Origin: Acidobacteriota bacterium
GTDB lineage: Bacteria; Acidobacteriota; UBA890; WLXD01
Direction: 5' to 3'
Assembly (NCBI GenBank): GCA_963666215.2
Contig: CAXWPL010000005.1
Span: 1,120,001-1,184,000, forward strand
Length of the DNA stretch: 64,000 nucleotides
The translations under genes and the position numbers were made by a program. The notes under the pieces were generated by a model that searched no databases, had not been told where the DNA came from, and saw only the letters and a list, made by a program, of their open reading frames with translations. Shown in pieces: positions 49,748-59,287 of the stretch; position 1 is the first letter of the stretch, and each line of letters starts with the position of its first letter.

Positions 49748-50790
49748 TGTGTTTTCTAAGTAGGTTGTTCACATCGGGGCTCACTTCTGAGATCAATGGG
49801 GTTGTTCAAAAGACTCCACGACCTCAGAAGGAGCGCCCGATGCAGCTGCATGGTAACGCCCGCACGACGCCGTATATACGCCGAGAGATGGTCCGCCGAG
49901 TCCGGGAGCGGGCGGAGCCCGTGACGGAAACGGCGGCGGCGCTCGGCGTGTCGGCTCGAACGGTTTACAAGTGGCTGGATAGATACGAGCGAGAAGGTGA
50001 GGCCGGGCTGCTCGATCGATCAAGCCGGCCGACGTGCTGTCCGCACGCAACAAGCGCTGGAGTTGTGAGGCAGATCGACAAGCTACGTCGGCGGCGACTG
50101 ACGGCCTGGCAGATCAGCCGAAGGTTGGCTGTGCCGCGCTCGACCGTCTCGGCGTGGCTGAAGCGGCTCGGACTCGCCAAGCTTGATGCGCTCGAGCCCA
50201 AGCCCGAGATCGTTCGCTACGAGTACGAGCACCCCGGTGACCTACTGCACCTGGATACGAAGAAACTGGCCCGTATCCGGCGACCTGGACACCGCATCCA
50301 CGGCGACCGCTCCAAGCGGGCCTACGGCGTCGGCTGGGAGAACGCCCACGTCGCTATCGACGATCACTCTCGGGTGGCGTACGTCGAAGTGCTGCCCGCC
50401 GAAGACCAACACACCTGCACAGCGTTCCTGCAGCGAGCCGTCGAGCACTTCGCTTCGATGGGAGTAGCGGTGCGCCGAGTGATGACAGACAACGGGCCTG
50501 GCTACGTCTCGAAGCGCTTCAATCGCCTATGCCATCAACTCGAGATCCGGCACATTTACACCCGGCCCTACACCCCCAGAACCAACGGCAAAGCCGAACG
50601 CTTCATCCGCACACTCAAGGAGCAGTGGGCCTACGGCACCTGCTACCAGACCTCAGCTCGACGTACTCGAGCTCTACGGCCCTGGCTCAACCACTACAAT
50701 CGTCACCGTCCCCACGCCGGCATCGGCATGACACCGCCGATCGCTCGGCTCTCAGGGGTGAGTTCGTGAACAACCTACCTAGAACTCACA
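49748..50790 (+). mobile_element. IS481-family insertion sequence (1043 bp)
   Basis: TGT...ACA ends; 25-bp IRs at 49748-49772 and 50766-50790 (22/25); CCTAGC duplicated at 49742-49747 and 50791-50796. Confidence 0.95.
49840..50769 (+). CDS. IS481 family DDE transposase
   Basis: H.NARTT, HLDTKKL, IDDHSR, TDNG, PRTNGKAERF; AAGGAG RBS. Confidence 0.95.
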   Translation: MQLHGNARTTPYIRREMVRRVRERAEPVTETAAALGVSARTVYKWLDRYEREGEAGLLDRSSRPTCCPHATSAGVVRQIDKLRRRRLTAWQISRRLAVPRSTVSAWLKRLGLAKLDALEPKPEIVRYEYEHPGDLLHLDTKKLARIRRPGHRIHGDRSKRAYGVGWENAHVAIDDHSRVAYVEVLPAEDQHTCTAFLQRAVEHFASMGVAVRRVMTDNGPGYVSKRFNRLCHQLEIRHIYTRPYTPRTNGKAERFIRTLKEQWAYGTCYQTSARRTRALRPWLNHYNRHRPHAGIGMTPPIARLSGVSS

Positions 50791-50806
50791 CCTAGCCAGG
50801 TGCGGG

Positions 50807-52390
50807 TCAATCGCCGAACGTGACCCCCTGCGCCAGGGGCAGCTCGGTGCTCCAGTTGATGGTGTTGGTTTGCCGCCGCATGTAGACCTTCCAGGCGTCG
50901 GAACCCGACTCGCGACCGCCGCCGGTTTCTTTTTCGCCGCCGAAGGCCCCGCCGATCTCGGCGCCTGAGGTCCCGATGTTGACGTTGGCGATGCCGCAGT
51001 CGCTGCCGCGATGCGACAGGAAGTTCTCGATCTCGCGGATGTTCTCCGAAAAGATCGCCGAAGACAGTCCCTGTGGAACATCGTTATGCAGGGCTATGGC
51101 CTCATAGATCTCGTCGACCGCCTCGGATGGCGACGCCGCCACGTTGCCATAGCCGATGATGTACAGGATCGGCGCGAAGGTTTCCTCCTGGACGATCGCG
51201 GCCTCGTTGGGAGCGCTCGCGATACACGGCCGCACGTAATGGCCCCCCGGGTAGTCGGGACCGTCGAGCTTCTCGCCGCCGTAAAGGATCTCGCCACCTT
51301 CCTCTCGGATGCGGACGATGGCGTTCTGCATGTCGTCAACGGCACCATGGTTGACAAGCGGCCCCATCAGCGTCTGCGGGTCACGCGGATCGCCGACGAT
51401 GATGCCCTCGTAGGCCTTCACCAGCCGAGCCACGAGCTCATCGCGCACCGACTCGTGGACGATGATCCGGCGTGTCGACGTGCACCGCTGACCGGCGGTA
51501 CCAACGGCGCCGAACAGAATCGCCCGCAACGCCAGATCCATGTTGGCGCTCGGCGTGACGATGATGGCGTTGTTGCCGCCAAGCTCGAGAATCGTGCTGC
51601 CAAGACGACGTCCAACAACCTCGCCAACGTGATAGCCGACCGCGCACGATCCCGTGCACGAGATCAACGGCACCCGGCGGTCGTGCAGCATGCGCTCGCC
51701 GACGGCTGAGCCCTTGCCGATGGTCAACGAAAAGATCGCCGGGTCGACGTCGTTGTCGGCGCAAACCTGCGCGGCGATCTTGGTTACCGCAACCGCCGTC
51801 AAGGGCGTCCCGCTGGCCGGCTTCCACACCGTGCTGTCACCACAAACCGCCGCGATCGCTGTATTCCAGCTCCAGACTGCGACTGGAAAATTGAACGCCG
51901 TGATCACGCCAACGACTCCGAGCGGATGCCACTGCTCGTACATCCGGTGGTCCGGGCGCTCCGAGTGCATTGCCAGCCCGTAGAGCTGCCGCGACAGTCC
52001 GACAGCGAAGTCGCAGATGTCGATCATTTCCTGCACCTCGCCCTGCCCCTCGGTGGCGATCTTGCCCATCTCGAGGGTCACCAGGGCGCCCAGCGCCTCT
52101 TTCTTCTCTCGCAGCGCGTTCCCGATCTGTCGAACGATTTCCCCGCGACGCGGCGCCGGCACCTTGCGCCACTCCAAGAACGCCTGGTGGGCGCGGTCGA
52201 CGATGCGGTCGTACTCTTCCTCGGTGACCTGCTGGACCTTGCCGATCAGCGAGCCGTCGGTCGGGGTGAAGACCTCGAGCACGGGACCGGAACCTAACCA
52301 CTCGCCATCGAAACCACCGAGATTGAGCTCGTGGATACCGAGCGTCTCCAGGGTTGCGTGGGCGGGACGGGCTGCTACGGCTTCCGTCAT
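50807..52390 (-). CDS. Aldehyde dehydrogenase family 7 (aminoadipate semialdehyde/P6C dehydrogenase-like)
   Basis: FNFPVAVWSWN, LELGGNN, GQRCTS, SGAEIGGAFGGEKETGGGRESGSDAWK. Confidence 0.93.
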   Translation of the reverse strand: MTEAVAARPAHATLETLGIHELNLGGFDGEWLGSGPVLEVFTPTDGSLIGKVQQVTEEEYDRIVDRAHQAFLEWRKVPAPRRGEIVRQIGNALREKKEALGALVTLEMGKIATEGQGEVQEMIDICDFAVGLSRQLYGLAMHSERPDHRMYEQWHPLGVVGVITAFNFPVAVWSWNTAIAAVCGDSTVWKPASGTPLTAVAVTKIAAQVCADNDVDPAIFSLTIGKGSAVGERMLHDRRVPLISCTGSCAVGYHVGEVVGRRLGSTILELGGNNAIIVTPSANMDLALRAILFGAVGTAGQRCTSTRRIIVHESVRDELVARLVKAYEGIIVGDPRDPQTLMGPLVNHGAVDDMQNAIVRIREEGGEILYGGEKLDGPDYPGGHYVRPCIASAPNEAAIVQEETFAPILYIIGYGNVAASPSEAVDEIYEAIALHNDVPQGLSSAIFSENIREIENFLSHRGSDCGIANVNIGTSGAEIGGAFGGEKETGGGRESGSDAWKVYMRRQTNTINWSTELPLAQGVTFGD

Positions 52391-52677
52391 CGGGCGTTCC
52401 TCGAGTTCTGTTTTTTGTCGCAGGTGGAGAGCGCCATTATCCGGGCCTGTAGGCAGTTCAGCTAGTCGGCATGATCTCGGAGCCTGCCGCGGGTTCGGAG
52501 AGTCGACATACAATCGGAGGTGCTCGCGAGCATCGTCCGAGCAGCAACAAGTGCGCGAGTGGAGGACTAGCTGTACGAAAAGGCGTCGGATCCAAGGACG
52601 GCCGCGTGCTCGATAGAGAGCTGTCGAGCCTCCCCCGCAAGATCGAGGGCTACGACCTCGACGGGTGTGAGCTGACC

Positions 52678-53791
52678 TTGCGCATCGCCATGTTCTTGCC
52701 CCGCCTGAGCAAGCGGTCGCTGGGATGGCAGGTCGGTAACGATCTGGCTCGGCAGTTTCGCGAGCTTGGCCATGAGTTCGAGCTCATCAGCTGCGCCGGC
52801 GATGCTCTGCAAGACCGACCCGGATCGACGGTTCTCTCCACCAGCCGGCTCTGGGAATGGGTCGACCGTGTGCTGGTGCCGTTGTCTCGTTGCCCGTGGC
52901 TGATCTCCAGCGCCATGGCCTTCGCCTCGTACCTGAGAGAGCACGGCGATGCCCACGATCTTCTTTACCTGGAAGTTGCCTATCCGCATGCCTCGGCTGG
53001 CGCGCTAGGTGCCGCCCTGGCCGGCTGGAAAGGGCCCCTGGTGATCAAACCCTCGGGCGAGGACACGCTCGTCATCGAGGACGCATCGTACGGGTTTCGG
53101 CGCTTCTGGCTGCCACGCGTGCTTGCACGCTGGACCCTGCGCCGAGCGGCCGCGCTACGCGTGATCTCCCCGTTGATCGAGCCCTATCTGGTCGAGCAGG
53201 CGCCAGCGCCCATGCGCCAGATCATCCCGTCCAACGTTTCGCGCGGCACGGTGGCTGCGGCCCGGGTGGGCGACGACGAGTCAAGGCGCCGCCGAAGAAA
53301 GGCCCGCGCCACGCTCGACGATGCGCATGGCACCCATGGAAAGACCGTCGTGCTGTCGGTCGGCCGACTTCATCCTTTCAAGGGCCTCGATCTGCTGATC
53401 GCCGCCATGCGATCGCTGCCACACCACCACCTGATGATTGCCGGCCCGTCGTTCAGCATTCGGGGCCTCGGCGATGTGGCCGACTCGCTGCGGCGCGAGG
53501 CCGAGCATCAGGGCGTTGCCGAACGGGTCCAGCTTCTCGGGGCAATTGATGCCGTGCGTGGTCACCGAGACCACCGGAATCTCCCACTGGCTCCCGACAC
53601 CCACGGTCGGCAGGGTTGTTCCGCCGAACAATCCGGAAGCCATTGCGGCCGCCGTCCAGGAGCTCACCGCGGGTAACTCCCCGTTCAGTCGCCCGCACGC
53701 GCGCGTATTTGTCGAACGCTTCGCGCCGGAGCGCGTCGCCGCCGAGCTGGCCGCCCTCTGTCAGTCGGTTGTGTCGGCCAAGCCCGAGTAG
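52678..53791 (+). pseudogene. GT4 glycosyltransferase with internal deletion/frameshift near 53548
   Basis: VGRLHPFKG, VQLLGAI then jumps (other frame) to PCVVT..G...GRVVPP.NPEAIA; the EX7E segment is absent. Confidence 0.75.
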
Positions 53792-53953
53792 GAAGCGGCA
53801 ACGTTACCGCGACCGCCGTGACACGATCGCGGCGGCGTACAATCGTGCCGTCCACAGATTGCCGGACGCGCCCGAGGCGAGCGACAATCGGAGCCCTAGC
53901 TCGTGCCGCTCAGGACGAACCCGCGCCCTGAGCGGCGACTGAGAGGATGGAAC

Positions 53954-55009
53954 GTGCTGTACGAGAAGGTGTCGGATCTAACGGTGGAGATCGCCGGGTA
54001 CCGGCTCGAGCCGCGCCTGCTCGGCGGCACGATGTTCACTCGGCATACTACGACGGTCGTTCTTGAAGGCGGCGGGCGCGTGGGCCGTGGTGAGGACGTC
54101 GACTACGACGCGAACGACCAGCTCGCGTTTCAGAACGAGGGACTCTCACTGCCGCTCGCCGGCACCTGGACAATCGACAGCTTCTCGCGACACCTCGATG
54201 GTCTCGACCTGTTTCCGATAGGTCCCGCCCGTCCGGACTACGCGCTCTACCGCCGCTGGGCGTTCGAGAGCGCAGCCCTCGAGCTGGCACTCGAGCAGGC
54301 TGGACGGACGCTGGGCGAAGCGCTGAAGATCGATCCTCGCCCGGTCCGGTTCGTTGTCTCGATGGGGCTGGGCTCGCCCGCCAGCACTGAGGGCGTCGAG
54401 CGTTGCCTCGAGAAGTATCCGGCGACCCGCTTCAAGGTCGACGTGTCGTCGAGCTGGGACCAGCCGCTGGTCCGCCGCTTGGCCGATCTCGGGGTCATCG
54501 ACACCGTCGACCTCAAGGGCCACTACCATGGCGACTTCGAGGGGCCGCCGCCCGATCTCGACCAGTATCGCCTCGTCTGCGAAGGGCTACCCGATGCTGT
54601 GGTCGAGGATCCGGCATCGACGCCCGAGACCGCCCACCTGATTGAAGCGCACCAGCATCGACTGGCCTGGGACGCGCCGATTCATTCGGTTTCGGACATC
54701 GTCCAGCTGCCCTGGAAGCCGCCGTGGATGAACATCAAGCCGTCGCGCTTCGGCTTCGTCTCGGAGCTGCTGCGAGCCTACGAGTACTGCCAGGGCGCCG
54801 GCATCCGGATGTATGGCGGTGGTCAGTTCGAGCTCGGTCACGGCCGACTGCAGAACCAGGCGCTCGCCAGCCTGTTCCACCCCGATGGGCCCAACGATGT
54901 GGCGCCGACCGGCTACAACGAGGCCGAAATGGCGATCGGCCTCGAATGCAGCCCGCTGCCCGTGGAGGTGTTCGCCAGCGCGTTCGGGAGCCGCGGAGCC
55001 GACGACTGA
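53954..55009 (+). CDS. Enolase-superfamily-like protein
   Basis: AFESAALEL, FKVD, EDP, WDAP, NIKPSRFG; GAGAGGA RBS. Confidence 0.7.
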   Translation: MLYEKVSDLTVEIAGYRLEPRLLGGTMFTRHTTTVVLEGGGRVGRGEDVDYDANDQLAFQNEGLSLPLAGTWTIDSFSRHLDGLDLFPIGPARPDYALYRRWAFESAALELALEQAGRTLGEALKIDPRPVRFVVSMGLGSPASTEGVERCLEKYPATRFKVDVSSSWDQPLVRRLADLGVIDTVDLKGHYHGDFEGPPPDLDQYRLVCEGLPDAVVEDPASTPETAHLIEAHQHRLAWDAPIHSVSDIVQLPWKPPWMNIKPSRFGFVSELLRAYEYCQGAGIRMYGGGQFELGHGRLQNQALASLFHPDGPNDVAPTGYNEAEMAIGLECSPLPVEVFASAFGSRGADD

Positions 55010-55091
55010 GAGTCCTCCACCTCCCCCACCGAGGCTACGGCCCGCAGCCCTTGGAACGCCGGGAGCACTGCGGCACCACAAGGCCTCTCGT

Positions 55092-56000
55092 ATGAGCTCG
55101 AGCGCCCGCATGCGTCGCCTTCTGACGCCCGGCGCCCGCTACATGCTTGGCGCAGCTCTGGGCTTCGCGCTCATGGGCGCGCTCGTCAAGCTCGTCGGCC
55201 GGCGCATCCCGAGCCAGGAGATCGTTCTGGCTCGAGCGGTTGTGTCGGTGTTTCTGAGCTATTCGTTCGTGCGCCGCGCCGGGGTGCCGGTGTTGGGGAC
55301 CCAGCGTGGACTTCTGTTGCTGCGCGGCACATTCGGCACCTGCGGGCTGATGATGCTGTTCTACGCGTTCACGCGGCTGCCGTATGCCGAGGCCACGGTG
55401 CTGCAGTACACCCACCCCATCTTCACGACGATCTTCGCGGCGATGGTTCTCGGTGAGGCGATCGGCGCCGGCCTGATGATGTCGATTGGTACCAGTCTCG
55501 TCGGCGTCATGTTGGTCACCAAGCCTCAGGCTCTGCTCGGGCTCATGGGAAGCGTCGGAGGGGAGCTCGACGGGCTCGCAGCGGCTGCCGCCCTTGGCGC
55601 CGCAGTTTGCAGCGCATCCGCGTACGTGACCGTGCGCCATCTGAGCCGTACCGAAAACCCCCACGTGATCGTTCTCTACTTCCCTCTGGTCGCGGTACCG
55701 GCAACGCTCCCGTTCGTGCTTGCCAACCCCGTCTGGCCGACACCCTTCGAGTGGCTCTGCCTGGCGGGAATCGGCGTTCTCACGCAAGTCGCCCAGATCT
55801 GCCTGACCCAAGGGCTGTCGCTCGAGCCAGCGGGCCGTGCGATGTCGCTCGCCTACGGCCAGATCGTGTTCGCGGCGGTGCTGGGAGCGATGTTCTTCGG
55901 CGAGATCCCCGACCTGTGGACCGCGGCCGGAACCATTCTCATCGTGGGCGGAACGCTGATCGCCGCTCGCTCGTCGGCCAGGGCCCGGGCAACCGAGTAA
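55092..56000 (+). CDS. DMT/EamA family transporter
   Basis: About 10 TM helices; LRG..G, P.F...A...LGE, FGEIP. Confidence 0.88.
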   Translation: MSSSARMRRLLTPGARYMLGAALGFALMGALVKLVGRRIPSQEIVLARAVVSVFLSYSFVRRAGVPVLGTQRGLLLLRGTFGTCGLMMLFYAFTRLPYAEATVLQYTHPIFTTIFAAMVLGEAIGAGLMMSIGTSLVGVMLVTKPQALLGLMGSVGGELDGLAAAAALGAAVCSASAYVTVRHLSRTENPHVIVLYFPLVAVPATLPFVLANPVWPTPFEWLCLAGIGVLTQVAQICLTQGLSLEPAGRAMSLAYGQIVFAAVLGAMFFGEIPDLWTAAGTILIVGGTLIAARSSARARATE

Positions 56001-56030
56001 CCGCCGCGCGTGGAAGCGCTTCTTGCGGAG

Positions 56031-57446
56031 TCAGCCCAACGGGAGGCCGATCGGCCGAGCCTTTTGCACGATCGCCGCGGCGCCGAGAACCGCTCCCTCT
56101 CCGCGCGGCCGACCGACGATCTGCAACCCCACGGGCAATCCGCCGCCGTCGAGACCGCACGGGACCGACGCCACCGGGAGGCCGGTGTTGCTGAGCAGGA
56201 AGGTCGGTGCCACCCAGTCGATGTAGGTCTCCATCAGCTTGCCTGCAATCGTTTCCGGGAAGCTCTGCTCGACCGGGAACGGCGGCACCGTCATGGTGGG
56301 CGTCACGACGTGGTCGAAGCGAGAAAACAGCGTCAGCAGTTGATCCCACATCTCGCCGCGCTTCTGCTCGGCGGCGGCGAGCTCTAGCGTCGTCACTTCC
56401 AACCCGGCGTCGATGTTGCCGCGCAGGTTGTCGCCGAACTCGCCTCGGCGATCGAGGCGTCGATGCTGCTGCACCACCATCCAGTGCCCGCGCAGCGCCA
56501 GGAAAGCGTCGCGAGCGTCGGAAAAGTCGAGGTCGATCTCCTCCACGCTCGCACCAGCGGAGCGAAGATCGTCGATCGCCGCTCGGCACACGGCTTCCAC
56601 CTCTGCGTCGATACCGATGCCCGCGATGTCGGGGCAGTACGCCAACCGCAACCGATCCGGCCGGACCGCGGCGAGCTCGGCCGGCAGATCGCGACCGTCG
56701 AGCGCCACCCCCAGCGGCGCCCGGTGGCTCGGGCCTGCCACGGCCTGCACGCCAATCGCCACGTCCTCCGCCGTGCGCGCCATCAGGCCGGTGACCTGCA
56801 TCGTGTCCCACGGGTACTCCGTGGGCCACGTCGGCACCAGCCCGGGAGTCGGACGCAATCCGACGACGCCGCAGAAGGAGGCCGGTATGCGCAGCGAGCC
56901 GCCGAGGTCGGTGCCCTCGGCCAGCGCGATCATGCGAGCCGCCAGCGCCGCCGCACCGCCGCCGGTGGAACCGCCGGCGCTGAGCTCTTCGTTCCAAGGA
57001 TTGCGGGTCACGCCGAAAACGTCGTTGAACGTGTTGCCCCCCGTAGCGAACTCGGGCGTGTTCGTCTTGCCCAGCACAATGGCGCCGGCGGCCCGCAGCC
57101 GCTCGACCACCACGGCGTCCTCCGTCGCGACATTGTCGGAGTACAGCGTGCAACCGTAGGTGTGCCTCAGCCCCGCCACCGGCGTGACGTCCTTGATGCC
57201 AACCGGCAGCCCGCACAAGGGCCCTGGCTCCAACCCGCTGGCGAGCTCGCGCTCCAGAGCTTCGGCGTCATCGAGCGCGGACGACGACACCGTCACCAGA
57301 GCGTTCAGGCGCCCATTGTGCTCCTCGACGCGCTCGAGATACGCCTGAACCACCTCGACCGGCGACAGCTCCCGCGCCACGATCCGTCGTCGCGTTTCAG
57401 CGGCACCGAGTGCCGTGATCTCGCTGGATGTGTTCGTTGTGCTCAC
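56031..57446 (-). CDS. Amidase signature family protein
   Basis: PVGIKD, GKTNTPEF, GGSTGG, GTDLGGSLRIPAS. Confidence 0.93.
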   Translation of the reverse strand: MSTTNTSSEITALGAAETRRRIVARELSPVEVVQAYLERVEEHNGRLNALVTVSSSALDDAEALERELASGLEPGPLCGLPVGIKDVTPVAGLRHTYGCTLYSDNVATEDAVVVERLRAAGAIVLGKTNTPEFATGGNTFNDVFGVTRNPWNEELSAGGSTGGGAAALAARMIALAEGTDLGGSLRIPASFCGVVGLRPTPGLVPTWPTEYPWDTMQVTGLMARTAEDVAIGVQAVAGPSHRAPLGVALDGRDLPAELAAVRPDRLRLAYCPDIAGIGIDAEVEAVCRAAIDDLRSAGASVEEIDLDFSDARDAFLALRGHWMVVQQHRRLDRRGEFGDNLRGNIDAGLEVTTLELAAAEQKRGEMWDQLLTLFSRFDHVVTPTMTVPPFPVEQSFPETIAGKLMETYIDWVAPTFLLSNTGLPVASVPCGLDGGGLPVGLQIVGRPRGEGAVLGAAAIVQKARPIGLPLG

Positions 57447-57556
57447 GCTACTCGTCCTGGGCTCATTCGCTGCTCGCGCTAGGAGCGCTGGAACGAAGTG
57501 TCGCCTACCTGTCGTCGATCGTCGAGCGCTCGTCGCGCCGCAGGAGAGATGCCGCC

Positions 57557-57597
57557 TTGACATGAAATATCCACATCGGACATATCTGTCGTGGATA
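57557..57597 (+). promoter_or_regulatory. Putative promoter with tandem operator sites upstream of PadR
   Basis: TTGACA at 57557; TATC-N7-GACA (57568-57582) and TATC-N7-GATA (57583-57597). Confidence 0.5.
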
Positions 57598-57641
57598 AAT
57601 CACCGTGCGTGCACCCGATTCTCCGCGACAGGACCCTTACG

Positions 57642-57998
57642 ATGACGATACCGGCCCGGATCGACCCTGTGACGGCGCCGCTCACACCGGCGGCTTTTCA
57701 CATCCTGCTGGCGCTGGTCGACGCGCGGTTACACGGGCTCGGAATCGCCGATGCGGTGGAACAACTCACCGATGGTGACATGCAGCTCGGGCCGGGCACC
57801 CTGTACCGGTCATTGAAGGAGCTCGCCGCCGTCGGCCTGCTGCGCGAAGCCGCGGCGCCCACCGCAGGCGACGATCCGCGGCGCAAGTACTACGAGCTCA
57901 CCGACCCGGGTCGCGAGCAGCTCGAGCTGGAGGCGCGACGACTCGAGCGCATCGTCGACGCCGCGCGCCAGCGACGTGTGCTGCAGGACGAGGCTTAG
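57642..57998 (+). CDS. PadR family transcriptional regulator
   Basis: FHILLAL...HG.GI, LGPGTLYRSL, RRKYYELT..GR. Confidence 0.9.
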   Translation: MTIPARIDPVTAPLTPAAFHILLALVDARLHGLGIADAVEQLTDGDMQLGPGTLYRSLKELAAVGLLREAAAPTAGDDPRRKYYELTDPGREQLELEARRLERIVDAARQRRVLQDEA

Positions 57999-58002
57999 GG
58001 TC

Positions 58003-58323
58003 ATGCAAGCGATGCTTGGAGAGGGCAGCCCCGTCAGCATGGGTGAGCGGTTGTACCGAGTGATGCTGTTCGCCTACCCGATTCGATTCCGCCGGCAGTA
58101 CGGCGCCGAGATGTTGGCGTTCGCGCGCGCCCGCAGCGCCCGAGCTGCCGGCTCGGGTGAACGATTCGACCGTGTGCGCGTGTGGTGGTTCCTGTTGCGT
58201 GACCTGTCGACGAACGCCTTCGCAGCGCTCGTGGTCGAACATGGCGTTCGTGAGCTCTGGACCCTCGACCGAGACTTCCAGCGCTTCCCGGGAGTTCGCG
58301 CAATCGACCCGTTCGCCGACTAG
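58003..58323 (+). pseudogene. Chimeric remnant: ADOP-permease N-terminus fused to a PIN/VapC C-terminus
   Basis: RLYRVMLFAYPIRFRRQYGAEM...DL then AALVVEHGVRELWTLDRDFQRFPGVRAIDP. Confidence 0.65.
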
Positions 58324-58433
58324 TAGCCACTCGGCACAGAAAATCGGTAAGGCACCCTCACCGTGACAACGGATGCGGGCAACATTGCGACACGTCGGCC
58401 TCCTCGGGTGCAGCAAGCCGGTGCAGGCCCGCG

Positions 58434-58760
58434 CTACACCTCCACGAACGCGACCGCGCGGCAGAAGGCGGCTTCGCCGCCCTTGAACAGCCACGGGGAG
58501 ATGCCGATCGTCAGCCGCTGATTCTGCAGCTCGGGGGCGTTGATCTGCCCACCCAGGTTCTCGACGTGAATGCAATCGTGCGGGAACAGAGCGTTGTGCG
58601 TGAGCTGGTAGTCCGACTCGGGAAACAGCTCGGCCACGCCCTCGGGTCCGCCTAACTTCTCCTCGCACAGGGCGCGCACACGGTCGCAATGGTTGAACAT
58701 GCCCTTGCCGAGGAAGCGGCCGATGGGCAGATTCATCGGATGGTCGGTCGACACCGCGGC
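58434..58760 (-). pseudogene. 5'-truncated cyclase (kynurenine formamidase-like) family gene
   Basis: STDHP...H..LF...IHVENLGG...PW.FKGGEAAFCRAVAF; the N-terminal metal motif region is missing. Confidence 0.65.
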
Positions 58761-58960
58761 GTGTTTCCCACGGCTCGGAACTATACAACCGGTGCGCGAA
58801 CACGACTGGTCGGAAAAAAAAACGAAACCTGGGCCGAACCCGGGGCGTCTCTACAGATACCCCAACGGACTACATTGCATATCGCATAGCCCACAATGCA
58901 GACTGTGCGCGTCGAACAAACCCGCACCGCCATCGTCCACCACTCGACAGGACGCAGACC

Positions 58961-59287
58961 ATGGCACCGAAGACGCATCTCGGTGAATTCGAGCAGATGC
59001 TGCTACTGGCGATCCTGCGCTGCGGCGAGAGCGCCTACGGCGTCGAAGTCCGTCGCGAGCTCGAAACCTGCACGGCACGCAGTGTGACGCGCGGCGCCTT
59101 CTACACCACGCTCGACCGACTCGAGTCCAAGGGCTACTTGGAGTGGACGACGCGCGCCGTCGACGGCTGGCGTGGCGGCCGACCCCAGCGACACTTCGAG
59201 GTGACCGAGGAGGGCCTGGAACAGCTCCATCGCTCGCACGAAGCGCTGATGAACCTCTGGAGCGGCCTCGAGGTGTTCAAAGCGTGA
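58961..59287 (+). CDS. PadR family regulator (acidobacterial type)
   Basis: LGEFEQMLLLAILR, AYGV, GAFYTTLDRLESKG, RGGRP. Confidence 0.9.
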   Translation: MAPKTHLGEFEQMLLLAILRCGESAYGVEVRRELETCTARSVTRGAFYTTLDRLESKGYLEWTTRAVDGWRGGRPQRHFEVTEEGLEQLHRSHEALMNLWSGLEVFKA

